Positions 28,808 through 37,417 of a stretch of 64,000 nt of DNA are shown here, in pieces. The first letter of the stretch is position 1, and each line of letters opens with the position of its first letter. The notes beneath the pieces are model-generated. The model ran no database searches. It saw only the letters and a list, made by a program, of their open reading frames with translations, and was not told the origin of the DNA. Both the position numbers and the translations under genes were made by a program. Origin of the DNA: an uncultured Deferribacteres bacterium (lineage in GTDB: Bacteria > Zhuqueibacterota > JdFR-76 > BMS3Abin05); NCBI GenBank assembly GCA_964543425.1, contig CAZIYL010000001.1:632-64631 (forward strand). The letters run 5' to 3'.

Positions 28808-31800
28808 AAAGCGCTTCGTAATAAGATTGAATAAGATTCAGGAAATCTTCCGAATAGCCCGATTTCTTGGCCCGCAAAATATCTTCCTGCAAGCGATTTC
28901 TCTTTTGAAGTAGGTTGCGCCGCAGCATTCCCGGATTTTTTACCACGAAATTTTTACCTACCTCCGATCTCCGCCTGTTACTGAAATCCCTCTCGCGAAC
29001 CGAGCGCTGGGCGTCCAGCAAGCGAGACAAAATTTTCTGCTGCCGCCGGATGGTCTCCCGATCCAATTGGCTAAGTTCCATCCTCTTGGCAATCTCACCC
29101 ATTTCTTTGGACATTTCCTGCATATTTCCGAGTACATTCGAGTGTTCCCCGTATTTTTGCTGCAAGTCATGCATCATTTTCTGAAGCTGCCGCTGTTGGG
29201 CGGCCAATCGACGCAAGCGCCCCTGTTCGCCCTCCGTTAATCTTCCCTGCTGGGCTAATTTGAGACTGAGTTGCATTGTCTGTTGATTAATGCCCTGCTG
29301 CCGGCCGGCCATTTTCTGCAATTCTTTCAGGTATTCCTCCATTCCCACTGAAGATGCCGCTGAAGTCAGACTTTGCATCGATTGCTGAATATTTAGTACC
29401 GCTTCGTTCAGTGCCCCCATCGCCAGTCTCTGGTGTCCCGAGGCACCGCGGCCGTTTCGTTCCTCCATTTGCGAAAGGGACGTTTTCATATTTCCCATTG
29501 CTTTCCCAATCGCTTTCCCGATTTCCGGGGTAACAAAAAATGTTTTTTGCGACAACTGGTACAATTCTTTGGTAAGCTGGCCCAAATTGTTTAAAAGGCT
29601 CAATTGCTTTTCAGCCATTTGATTAAATTTGGGGCTCATTGATGATAATTTTCCGGTCTGCTGCTGAAGCGCTTCCTGTTCTTTCGAGAGCCGCAGCAGT
29701 TCGGTGGACGAACGCGCGAGCTGTTTCATTACCTGCTTTTTTTGCCCGTTTACCAGTTGATTTTTCATCTGACTCAGCATTTGACTCAACTGCTGAAGAT
29801 TTTGCTCGCTCATCTTTCCAGATTGCTGAGCCTGCTGTTGACTGTTTTCTTGAAGCGCCTGGCTCATCTTCTGCATCTGCTGGGCGGATTCTCCTGCTTT
29901 TTTAATGGGCGCGTTCATTTTTGCCGCCTTCATATCCGGGAACTCTGTCATTTCCTTTTGAAGGGCTTTTAGCTCCTCTTTGAATCGCTGGGTCTCTTCC
30001 CGAATTTTCTTCTCCAATTTTTGAAGCGCTTGCCTTTCCTGAGAAGACGCCTTTTTAAGCGACTTGTTTACCGTTTTCTGCCGCTCTTTCAAATTCTCGG
30101 CCATCTTTTGGGCTTGATCCAATTTTTGCTCAATTTGCAAACGCTTCAATAAATTCAGGGTTCTTTCCAGTGACTGCTGAAAATTATCTTCGCTCATTTT
30201 GAATTTGTTCGCCGCGCGATTCAGCTTTCTGGAATCCATTTTTTCCAGAGCCTTTTTCAAATCCTCCAGAATTTTCTTCATTTCTGGCGTTAGAACTTCA
30301 TTGAATAATTTCTGAATTTTCACATATTTCTGGATGGTCTCCTGGCTGAGCATATTGTTCTGCTGGAGGCGATCCATTACCTGATCCAACTGGTTTTTGA
30401 TCTTTTGCGATTTCTCCGTCAATCGCTGCTGTTTTTCGGCGAGTTCCTGCAATTCCTGTTTCTTTGTCCAATTCATTTCAGGATTGCGTCTCATTTCGCC
30501 AGTAACTTTGCTGACCTCTCGTTTCAACGCCTTGCTTTCGCGAACCAATTCTTCCAACTGTTGAATGGTTTCATCTTGAGCAGAAGTTGTCTCGTGGTAA
30601 ATTTCGGCCATTGAAGGAAAACGCGCCATATAAATTCTGGAAACCGCGGATTTGAATCCGGAAACCGCATCGTTATCGAAAACCTTAACAAAATACTCGG
30701 CATAATCGCCGGGAAGCATTTGTAAATTGCCTAATTGCCACGTGTAATCGAATTCAAGTTTCGATCCGCCGGATGCCGGCATTTGCAGTTGCTGTGAGTG
30801 AAAAGTGGTATCCTGTTCGGTTACCACAACTGCGTGATGCACGCGATAGGAGAGCATTGTGCGCGAAAAGCCAAAATCGTCTTCCGCGCGAATTTGCAGC
30901 GGTAGAATCATTTCTTCATTCAGATCCACATCCTGCCCCGGCTGCGTAATTTCTACAACCGGCGGCTGATCGGGAACGGCAACAATCTTGTAGTGAATCG
31001 GATCGGCATTTCGGTGTCCGACTCCGTCTTCGAGGCGAACAAAATAGGAATCATCCCGAAAAACGCTAAACGCGCCTCGCGCCTCCCGATTTTGGAGACG
31101 TAAATTCAACCGCTTTCGGTGCTTAAAAACAACCCAGGCTTTGGAAAGTGTTTTATTGGCCCTTAAACGAATCCGAACACGCGTTCCCCAGAGCGCAGTA
31201 ATTTCGCCCTGATTTTCTTCCAGCATTCTGGATGTCAGACCGGTGTAAGCGGGAAAAATAAGTTCCGCCCTTAGGCTGCGCACCATTGGCCGCTTTTCAA
31301 CTGTAACGGTAAAATTCCGGGTTTTCTCTTTCCCCGCTTTTACAAAATAAATCAGGTTTTCCTTTAAATTGAACAGCTCAAAGGGGTAAATGCCTGCCGA
31401 ATCCGGGCGAACGATTTTTGTTTGAAAAACCTTTCGAAGCTGCTCTTTCCACGAAATTTGAATAGGTCGCTTAAAGGCCCCCTCTATTGCTACCGTTCCG
31501 CGCAGCGTATCCCCTGTAAGGCAGCTCCAATCGCCGGGTAAAACCTGAATGGCTTGAATTTCTTTTTCTCTAAATGATTGGGAGGGATTCAGGTAATGCG
31601 TGACACTTTCCTCCAACGGGCGACTAAAAACCACAAAGATAACGGCAAATACGGATAAAGCCAAAACAAACTTTTCAAATGCGCGAATGGCCGGTTTTGG
31701 CGAGACAAGCGACAAAATATTCCGCTCTTTTATTTTCTCAAAAACCGTTTTCAGAAAAGCATCTGCCAGGTCTTTTGAATAATTCTCGACATTAATCCGA

Positions 31801-32174
31801 ATGTCGCGAATAATCTGCAGAGTATCGATCAGTTCATCGCGAACCTCAGGAAAGGCATCCCCAATTTCCGCAGCCAGCATTTCATCCGAAAAGGCTTTTC
31901 GCGAGGCAATGAACTGCCCCCCCGGAAAAAAAACAGTCCTTGCCAAACAGACAATCGAAGCAATCCCCCAAACACCGAGAAACGTCTGGCGAAGAACCGG
32001 GGGCATTGTAAAAAGCGCCTCCGCCCCCAAGAGAACAAGCAAAAAAATAGCCTCGCATCCGAGAAATCGAAAAAGTCCTTCCACAAAAAGAGCCAGCCGT
32101 TTCTTTCGGCGGTACGCGTGGATCTTTTTCAGGATTCTTTCGTAATTTTGAAGATTTTTAGGTAGATTCGACAT
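28782..32174 (-). CDS. Large membrane-anchored coiled-coil protein (N-terminal double-TM, Q/K/E-rich ~600-aa coiled coil; DUF4175-like by recollection)
   Basis: 1130 aa. Two TM helices lie near residues 40-100, a beta-rich middle domain follows, and the long C-terminal region is heptad-like and Q-rich. Confidence 0.6.
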   Translation of the reverse strand: MSNLPKNLQNYERILKKIHAYRRKKRLALFVEGLFRFLGCEAIFLLVLLGAEALFTMPPVLRQTFLGVWGIASIVCLARTVFFPGGQFIASRKAFSDEMLAAEIGDAFPEVRDELIDTLQIIRDIRINVENYSKDLADAFLKTVFEKIKERNILSLVSPKPAIRAFEKFVLALSVFAVIFVVFSRPLEESVTHYLNPSQSFREKEIQAIQVLPGDWSCLTGDTLRGTVAIEGAFKRPIQISWKEQLRKVFQTKIVRPDSAGIYPFELFNLKENLIYFVKAGKEKTRNFTVTVEKRPMVRSLRAELIFPAYTGLTSRMLEENQGEITALWGTRVRIRLRANKTLSKAWVVFKHRKRLNLRLQNREARGAFSVFRDDSYFVRLEDGVGHRNADPIHYKIVAVPDQPPVVEITQPGQDVDLNEEMILPLQIRAEDDFGFSRTMLSYRVHHAVVVTEQDTTFHSQQLQMPASGGSKLEFDYTWQLGNLQMLPGDYAEYFVKVFDNDAVSGFKSAVSRIYMARFPSMAEIYHETTSAQDETIQQLEELVRESKALKREVSKVTGEMRRNPEMNWTKKQELQELAEKQQRLTEKSQKIKNQLDQVMDRLQQNNMLSQETIQKYVKIQKLFNEVLTPEMKKILEDLKKALEKMDSRKLNRAANKFKMSEDNFQQSLERTLNLLKRLQIEQKLDQAQKMAENLKERQKTVNKSLKKASSQERQALQKLEKKIREETQRFKEELKALQKEMTEFPDMKAAKMNAPIKKAGESAQQMQKMSQALQENSQQQAQQSGKMSEQNLQQLSQMLSQMKNQLVNGQKKQVMKQLARSSTELLRLSKEQEALQQQTGKLSSMSPKFNQMAEKQLSLLNNLGQLTKELYQLSQKTFFVTPEIGKAIGKAMGNMKTSLSQMEERNGRGASGHQRLAMGALNEAVLNIQQSMQSLTSAASSVGMEEYLKELQKMAGRQQGINQQTMQLSLKLAQQGRLTEGEQGRLRRLAAQQRQLQKMMHDLQQKYGEHSNVLGNMQEMSKEMGEIAKRMELSQLDRETIRRQQKILSRLLDAQRSVRERDFSNRRRSEVGKNFVVKNPGMLRRNLLQKRNRLQEDILRAKKSGYSEDFLNLIQSYYEALYEENHAKN

Positions 32175-32182
32175 AAATTTTT

Positions 32183-32869
32183 TTAATTAAACAATGCCCA
32201 GACAACAATATTGACACCCATTTTCAGGGCTTGAATTCGTACGGGCAGAGGGTCGTGGTGCACATTCGGGTCTGCCCAGCCATCCGAAATGTTTGTATTA
32301 AACGTGTAATAGACGACCATTCGGCCGTTGTAAAAAATTCCGTAGCCATGCGGAGGGCCGGGATAATGCTCATGCGTTTTGGGCAATCCCCTTGGAAAAT
32401 CAAATTGAATGTGGTAAATGTCATGCAAAAAGGGCAACTCAATTAGCTTTTTTTCGGGAAACACCTTCTTTATTTCACGTCGAAAATATTTGTCCATTCC
32501 GTAATCGTCGTCTGCGTAAAGAAATCCGCCATGGATCAGGTAATTGCGCAGGTCCCTGGCCTCTGTTTCTGAGAATACAATATTTCCATGTCCGGTAAGG
32601 TAGAGAATCGGGTACGAAAACAATTTTTCGTCTGTTAATTTCACTCGGGCTTCGGTGGTGGCCACCCGCATTCCGGTTACCTTTGCCAAATAGCTCAAGA
32701 GATTCGGAATGACGCACGGATCGTTGTACCAGTCACCGCCGCCCTGGTACCACACTCTGGCAATTGTGAACGGTTTTGAGGGTTCAGCAGCCCGCAACAC
32801 AGAAATCCATCCCGACAAAAGAATTAGCTCAAAAAGGACAATTTTCCCCGACAAATTAAACTTTTTCAT
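32183..32869 (-). CDS. DUF4159-like exported protein
   Basis: 228 aa with a signal/anchor and the motif YPILYLTGHGNIVFSETEARDLRNYLIHGGFLYADDD. The family was assigned from memory. Confidence 0.5.
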   Translation of the reverse strand: MKKFNLSGKIVLFELILLSGWISVLRAAEPSKPFTIARVWYQGGGDWYNDPCVIPNLLSYLAKVTGMRVATTEARVKLTDEKLFSYPILYLTGHGNIVFSETEARDLRNYLIHGGFLYADDDYGMDKYFRREIKKVFPEKKLIELPFLHDIYHIQFDFPRGLPKTHEHYPGPPHGYGIFYNGRMVVYYTFNTNISDGWADPNVHHDPLPVRIQALKMGVNIVVWALFN

Positions 32870-33373
32870 TTAAAACACCCGAATTACAATGGCGACAATC
32901 ATTCCGATTGCCGCCACAATTTTGAGTATTTTTCCACTAACAGCTCCCAAAAAGGCGCCCCAACCGACTTTCAGCGCACGCGCCACTTCTTTTTCATCAA
33001 GCAATTCCAACAAAAACGCGCCTCCAAATGCTCCTACAAACGCCCCGAGGAGTGTTCCCAAAGGAGGAGCCAGCGGTGTAAACCAAATGGCGCCGAAAAA
33101 TCCACCCAGAACGGCGCCCCACATTCCCCACGAAGAGGAACCAAATCGTTTCGCCGCCCAAGCACCCAGAAAGAATTCAAACCCTTCCACCAAAAGGGAA
33201 AGGGTTAGAAGCGCCAGCAAAAATCCGGGGGTCATTTTTGCAAAATGCGTCAGCAGTCCCAGCACAAAAGCATCCGCAACGATAATAAATGTTCCTGCAA
33301 TACCAAAAGGAATCACAGCTATTCCCAGCAATAAAACAAGCCAGAAAAAAATCATTCCTAAAACTGAAAGCAC
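32870..33373 (-). CDS. DUF456-like small integral membrane protein
   Basis: 167 aa, Gly/Ala-rich, with 4 TM helices. Confidence 0.5.
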   Translation of the reverse strand: MLSVLGMIFFWLVLLLGIAVIPFGIAGTFIIVADAFVLGLLTHFAKMTPGFLLALLTLSLLVEGFEFFLGAWAAKRFGSSSWGMWGAVLGGFFGAIWFTPLAPPLGTLLGAFVGAFGGAFLLELLDEKEVARALKVGWGAFLGAVSGKILKIVAAIGMIVAIVIRVF

Positions 33374-33376
33374 GCA

Positions 33377-34675
33377 CTATTCTTTCATCTTAACATCGAT
33401 GTAGACATTTTTTCGCAGACTCTGAACCCACTTCTGGAGTTCTTCATTTCGTTTTCTGGCGAGTGCCATCTGCTGTAGTTGTTCCCAATCCTTGTCTAAA
33501 CTCCAGGCGCCGCCTTTTTTGCGGTCATCCAGCTTCACAATGTGATAACCGAATTTTGTTTTAAACGGTTCGCTGACTTCGCCAACTTTCAGTGTTTCCG
33601 CAACGGCCCGAAACTCTTTTACCTTTAATTGGCTCAGCTCGAACCATCCCAGATTTCCGCCTTTATCCTTTGTGGTTTTATCGTCAGAATATTTTTTTGC
33701 CAATTCCGCAAAATTCTCACCAGCTTTTGCCTTACGGTAGAGTTCTTTAATCTCTTTAACCGTGTTCAATTCATCTTGCCGGGTTGGAATAACACGAATC
33801 AAAATGTGTCGCACACGAATCTTTTCGCCTTTCCGATCGACCATTTGAATAATGTGGTACCCAAATTTTGTTTCCACAATTCCTGAAATTTGCCCGGGTT
33901 CCAATTTAAATGCAGCCTCTTCAAACTCTTTAACAAAATCGCCCCGTTTGACATATCCAAGGTCACCGCCTTTCGGGGCAGAACCCGGATCTTCAGAATA
34001 TTTTTTCGCCAGTTCTGAAAAATCAGCACCGGCTTTAAGCTGCTTCAGAATTTTTAAGATTTTTTCGTAGGCGCCTTCTTTCGCACCTTTGCCCGCCTTA
34101 ACTGTCAATAAAATATGGCTCAAATCTACTGATGTTCCTCTTTTCGGAAGGCTGTCCTTCATCGTTTTGTAGAATTGCTCTACCTCTGGCCGGGAAATGT
34201 GGATTTTCTGGAATTTTTCCTGTTGAAGTTTATCAACGAGCATCCGATTTTTGATATCCGTTCGGAACTGCCGTTTAATTTTATCGATCGAACCGCCAAA
34301 ATATTTCTGAACAGCCTCATTTGAACCCATTTGCTGAACCCACTGCTTAACCTGATTATCCAGAGCCTGGTCAACCTGACTATCGTCAACTTCAATGCTG
34401 TCCTCCCTGGCTTTTTGCAGCAGGATTTTTTGAACGATTAGATTTTCCAGAACCTGTTTGCGAAGCTCCCTAATTTTTTCAGGATTTTTCTGCAAATCAA
34501 TGCCCATTTGAAGAGCAGTATTAATCGTGTACTGATTCACTTCGGACCGGAGAACAATTTCGTCACCCACAATTGCGGCAATTCCATCAATAATCTGAGG
34601 TTGTTGCGCACGTACACCCGAAACAAATAGCATCAGGCTTAAAAATAAAATGCTTAAACTAAATTTTACTTTCAA
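33377..34675 (-). CDS. SurA-like periplasmic chaperone / parvulin peptidyl-prolyl isomerase (two PpiC domains)
   Basis: 432 aa with a signal peptide, a SurA N-terminal domain and two parvulin domains (FGYHIIQ and FGYHIVK). Confidence 0.8.
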   Translation of the reverse strand: MKVKFSLSILFLSLMLFVSGVRAQQPQIIDGIAAIVGDEIVLRSEVNQYTINTALQMGIDLQKNPEKIRELRKQVLENLIVQKILLQKAREDSIEVDDSQVDQALDNQVKQWVQQMGSNEAVQKYFGGSIDKIKRQFRTDIKNRMLVDKLQQEKFQKIHISRPEVEQFYKTMKDSLPKRGTSVDLSHILLTVKAGKGAKEGAYEKILKILKQLKAGADFSELAKKYSEDPGSAPKGGDLGYVKRGDFVKEFEEAAFKLEPGQISGIVETKFGYHIIQMVDRKGEKIRVRHILIRVIPTRQDELNTVKEIKELYRKAKAGENFAELAKKYSDDKTTKDKGGNLGWFELSQLKVKEFRAVAETLKVGEVSEPFKTKFGYHIVKLDDRKKGGAWSLDKDWEQLQQMALARKRNEELQKWVQSLRKNVYIDVKMKE

Positions 34676-34760
34676 AACAACGTTCCTTCCCTTTGTGTCT
34701 GAAACCGCCTGGTACGGTTTTTTAGAATCTGAACTGTTCCAACTTGCTTAAAACCAATCA

Positions 34761-35624
34761 TCAAAAGCGCGTTGAATCATTTGATGATTTTTCCAATACA
34801 TCCAAATTCATCGCAATATTTCGCTGGTTTTTTAACGAGTTTATGTATTGGTGGTAAATTTCCCTAATTTTTTCCTCTTGAAGCATTGCCAGAATTTTGG
34901 GTCGAACCTCTTTAAGCTTCCGGAAACTACCCGCTTTTTGCCGATCAAAAACCTGAAGAACATAAAACCCGCCCTCTGTTTTTCGGGGACCAACAATCCC
35001 CTTAATTTTTGTCCGCTTTACAATGCCCGAGAGAAACGCGGGTACCTCGCTTTCCGAGATGTAACCGCTGTCCCATTCCTGTGATTGGTGTGTCTTCGGA
35101 AAGGCGACTTTTAGTGCTTCGGTAAATGGCGTTCCCTTTTTTAGGTGTCTGGCAAACGCGTCGGCATTTTTTTTCTGCTGAAATAAAACAAGCCCAAATC
35201 GAACCTCATTTTTATTTCTGATAAAACTATCTTTGTTTTTAAGATAGTATTTTTTGATTGTGCTGTCCGGAATTTCGGGTTTTTGTGGAAATTCTTTCTG
35301 AAGAAGTTTATTAGCAAGGAGAGATTTTTTTACACTTTGCAACTCTCTTTTAATTTCCGGCAAGTGCCCATACCCTCTTTTTTGAGCTTCCTGGTACAAC
35401 ACTTCGGTATTGATCCATCGACGCACATAATTCTTTTTTTCATCCAGGCGAATGCTCTTTGAAAGGCTGCCAGGCACCTCCAGATTAATTTCCGACGCCA
35501 GCAAAACGGATTTTCCAACCCGTGCGACAACCGCATCGTTCTTGTTCTGCTTATGCGTCGATGAACAGCCGATTAAAAAAGAAATAGCTACAATCGGAAG
35601 AATGATTTTTTTACTCAACCGCAT
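34761..35624 (-). CDS. SurA N-domain / PPIase-like lipoprotein
   Basis: 287 aa with a lipobox (LIGCSS) and a SurA-N-like chaperone domain. The parvulin motif is degenerate. Confidence 0.55.
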   Translation of the reverse strand: MRLSKKIILPIVAISFLIGCSSTHKQNKNDAVVARVGKSVLLASEINLEVPGSLSKSIRLDEKKNYVRRWINTEVLYQEAQKRGYGHLPEIKRELQSVKKSLLANKLLQKEFPQKPEIPDSTIKKYYLKNKDSFIRNKNEVRFGLVLFQQKKNADAFARHLKKGTPFTEALKVAFPKTHQSQEWDSGYISESEVPAFLSGIVKRTKIKGIVGPRKTEGGFYVLQVFDRQKAGSFRKLKEVRPKILAMLQEEKIREIYHQYINSLKNQRNIAMNLDVLEKSSNDSTRF

Positions 35625-35631
35625 TTAAACC

Positions 35632-37392
35632 TCAAATTTCATCATCTGTGTATTCTTTGAATGCGTTCTTTAAATTTTTCTCAAAGATAACAACAGGCAT
35701 TTTCTTGTGAAGTTCCTGCATCCACTTTTTTTCTGTCTGTTTAATTAAGCGGGCACGGAGATCTTTTTCAATATCAAAGCGGGCCTCTTTGAAAGTTTTT
35801 TCTCGTTCCGGCTTCCGACCCAAAACCTTGATCACATAATAATTGCTGCCCATTACAATAGGGCCTCGGACCTCGCCTACCTTTGAACGAAAAGCCTCGC
35901 TACCAATTAGACCGTAGGAATTCCGATTAATGTAGCCCAACATTCCCTTATTCTTTTTGCTGATTGCCATTTGATTATATTTTTCTGCCAAACCGGAAAA
36001 ATTAGTTCCCCTTAATGCAAGCCGGTAAATCCTATCCGCTAATTTTTTGTCTTTTACCATGATAGCCTGAACTTTCACTTTCGGGGGGATTTTATAAAGC
36101 CCCTGGTGTTCCTGATAGTATTTTTTTAGCAGGCTATCATTTACCGTTACCTTTTTCAGGATTTCTTTCGAGCGAATCGCCTGGTACATTTGGCGATCCA
36201 CAAAATCCCGGATTTGCTTCTGATAGCGAGGCTTTCGGATCAAATGACGTTTCTTGCCCTCTACTACAATAATTTCTCGCTGCAATTTATTGGAAAGAAT
36301 ACCCCGAATGGCCTTTTCCCCGCGTATCGGCTGCCTGGGTCTGTGGCTGGGCCCCGTGCTAACCATATTTGCAAAATCTTCAATCGTATAGCTTTTCCCG
36401 ATGTATTTTACAAACGGCAATTTCATCTGGGCGGAAGAGAGTTTCTTAAACTGACTGCTGGTATCCGGAGCAAATTTATTGGCTGCCCGCTTGGGCCGCG
36501 GAAAGTAGAGATTGTCCGCCAATAATTTAATATTTGGGTTGTACCAAACAACCTTGTATTTTTTCTGAAGATGTTTCCAATAATTCAAATAAGCATTATT
36601 TAACTGTCTGGTGTGCTGACGCATTAAATCATTCAAGATTTCTGAACGCGCAATATCGTAGGGTTTTCTCGGAAAAATTCGTCTTTCCAAAACCTGAACA
36701 ATTTCCACTCCCTCATTTGTTGGCAAGCGTTCTGAAATTTCGTATCGTTTTAGAGCAAAAATTTTGTCTCTGACCTGTGGATCCAATTGCTCCCATTTCA
36801 CATATCCCTTGTTCCCGCCCAATTTTTTAGATTGCAAATCTCCGGAATATTTTTCTGCCATTTTGGAAAAGTCACTGCCACTTCGAATTTCCTGTACAAT
36901 TTTTCTGGCAAGAACCAGTGTTGAATCCTTCTCCTTTTGGGTTGCGCCCACGGGATATTTGAGAAGAATGTGACGGATTTTTACATCAACATTAGAGTGT
37001 CTCCAAATATTATTAATCTGTGATTCAGGAATCACCTGAGGAATAACATCCGCTTCCATAACCGCCCAAAATGTGACTTGATTCACGAAATCCTTTTTCT
37101 TTTTTGAAAAGTCCGGCTTTTGATCCAAACCCTCAGCAAGAGCCGCCAAATATTGCAGACGATGATTGATCATCCCATCTAATATGCTTTTCTTTTGCTC
37201 CAATGTGGCGTGCTGAGTAGTAATAATTGAGCGTTGTTTAATAAATGTCTCTTCAAATTGGCTTTGCGTGATGGAGCTGTTACCCACGCGAGCAACCGGT
37301 TTGTCGGCTTTTCCACACCCCCCTAACATAATTGCCAGCCCAATTACAATCAAAACACTATTGAAAAAAAATAATTTTTTAAACCTTTTCAT
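35632..37392 (-). CDS. PpiD/SurA-family parvulin PPIase chaperone
   Basis: 586 aa with an N-terminal anchor, two parvulin-like domains and a SurA-like N domain. Confidence 0.7.
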   Translation of the reverse strand: MKRFKKLFFFNSVLIVIGLAIMLGGCGKADKPVARVGNSSITQSQFEETFIKQRSIITTQHATLEQKKSILDGMINHRLQYLAALAEGLDQKPDFSKKKKDFVNQVTFWAVMEADVIPQVIPESQINNIWRHSNVDVKIRHILLKYPVGATQKEKDSTLVLARKIVQEIRSGSDFSKMAEKYSGDLQSKKLGGNKGYVKWEQLDPQVRDKIFALKRYEISERLPTNEGVEIVQVLERRIFPRKPYDIARSEILNDLMRQHTRQLNNAYLNYWKHLQKKYKVVWYNPNIKLLADNLYFPRPKRAANKFAPDTSSQFKKLSSAQMKLPFVKYIGKSYTIEDFANMVSTGPSHRPRQPIRGEKAIRGILSNKLQREIIVVEGKKRHLIRKPRYQKQIRDFVDRQMYQAIRSKEILKKVTVNDSLLKKYYQEHQGLYKIPPKVKVQAIMVKDKKLADRIYRLALRGTNFSGLAEKYNQMAISKKNKGMLGYINRNSYGLIGSEAFRSKVGEVRGPIVMGSNYYVIKVLGRKPEREKTFKEARFDIEKDLRARLIKQTEKKWMQELHKKMPVVIFEKNLKNAFKEYTDDEI

Positions 37393-37417
37393 GCGTCCTC
37401 CTCCTGTAACTTTCTAA

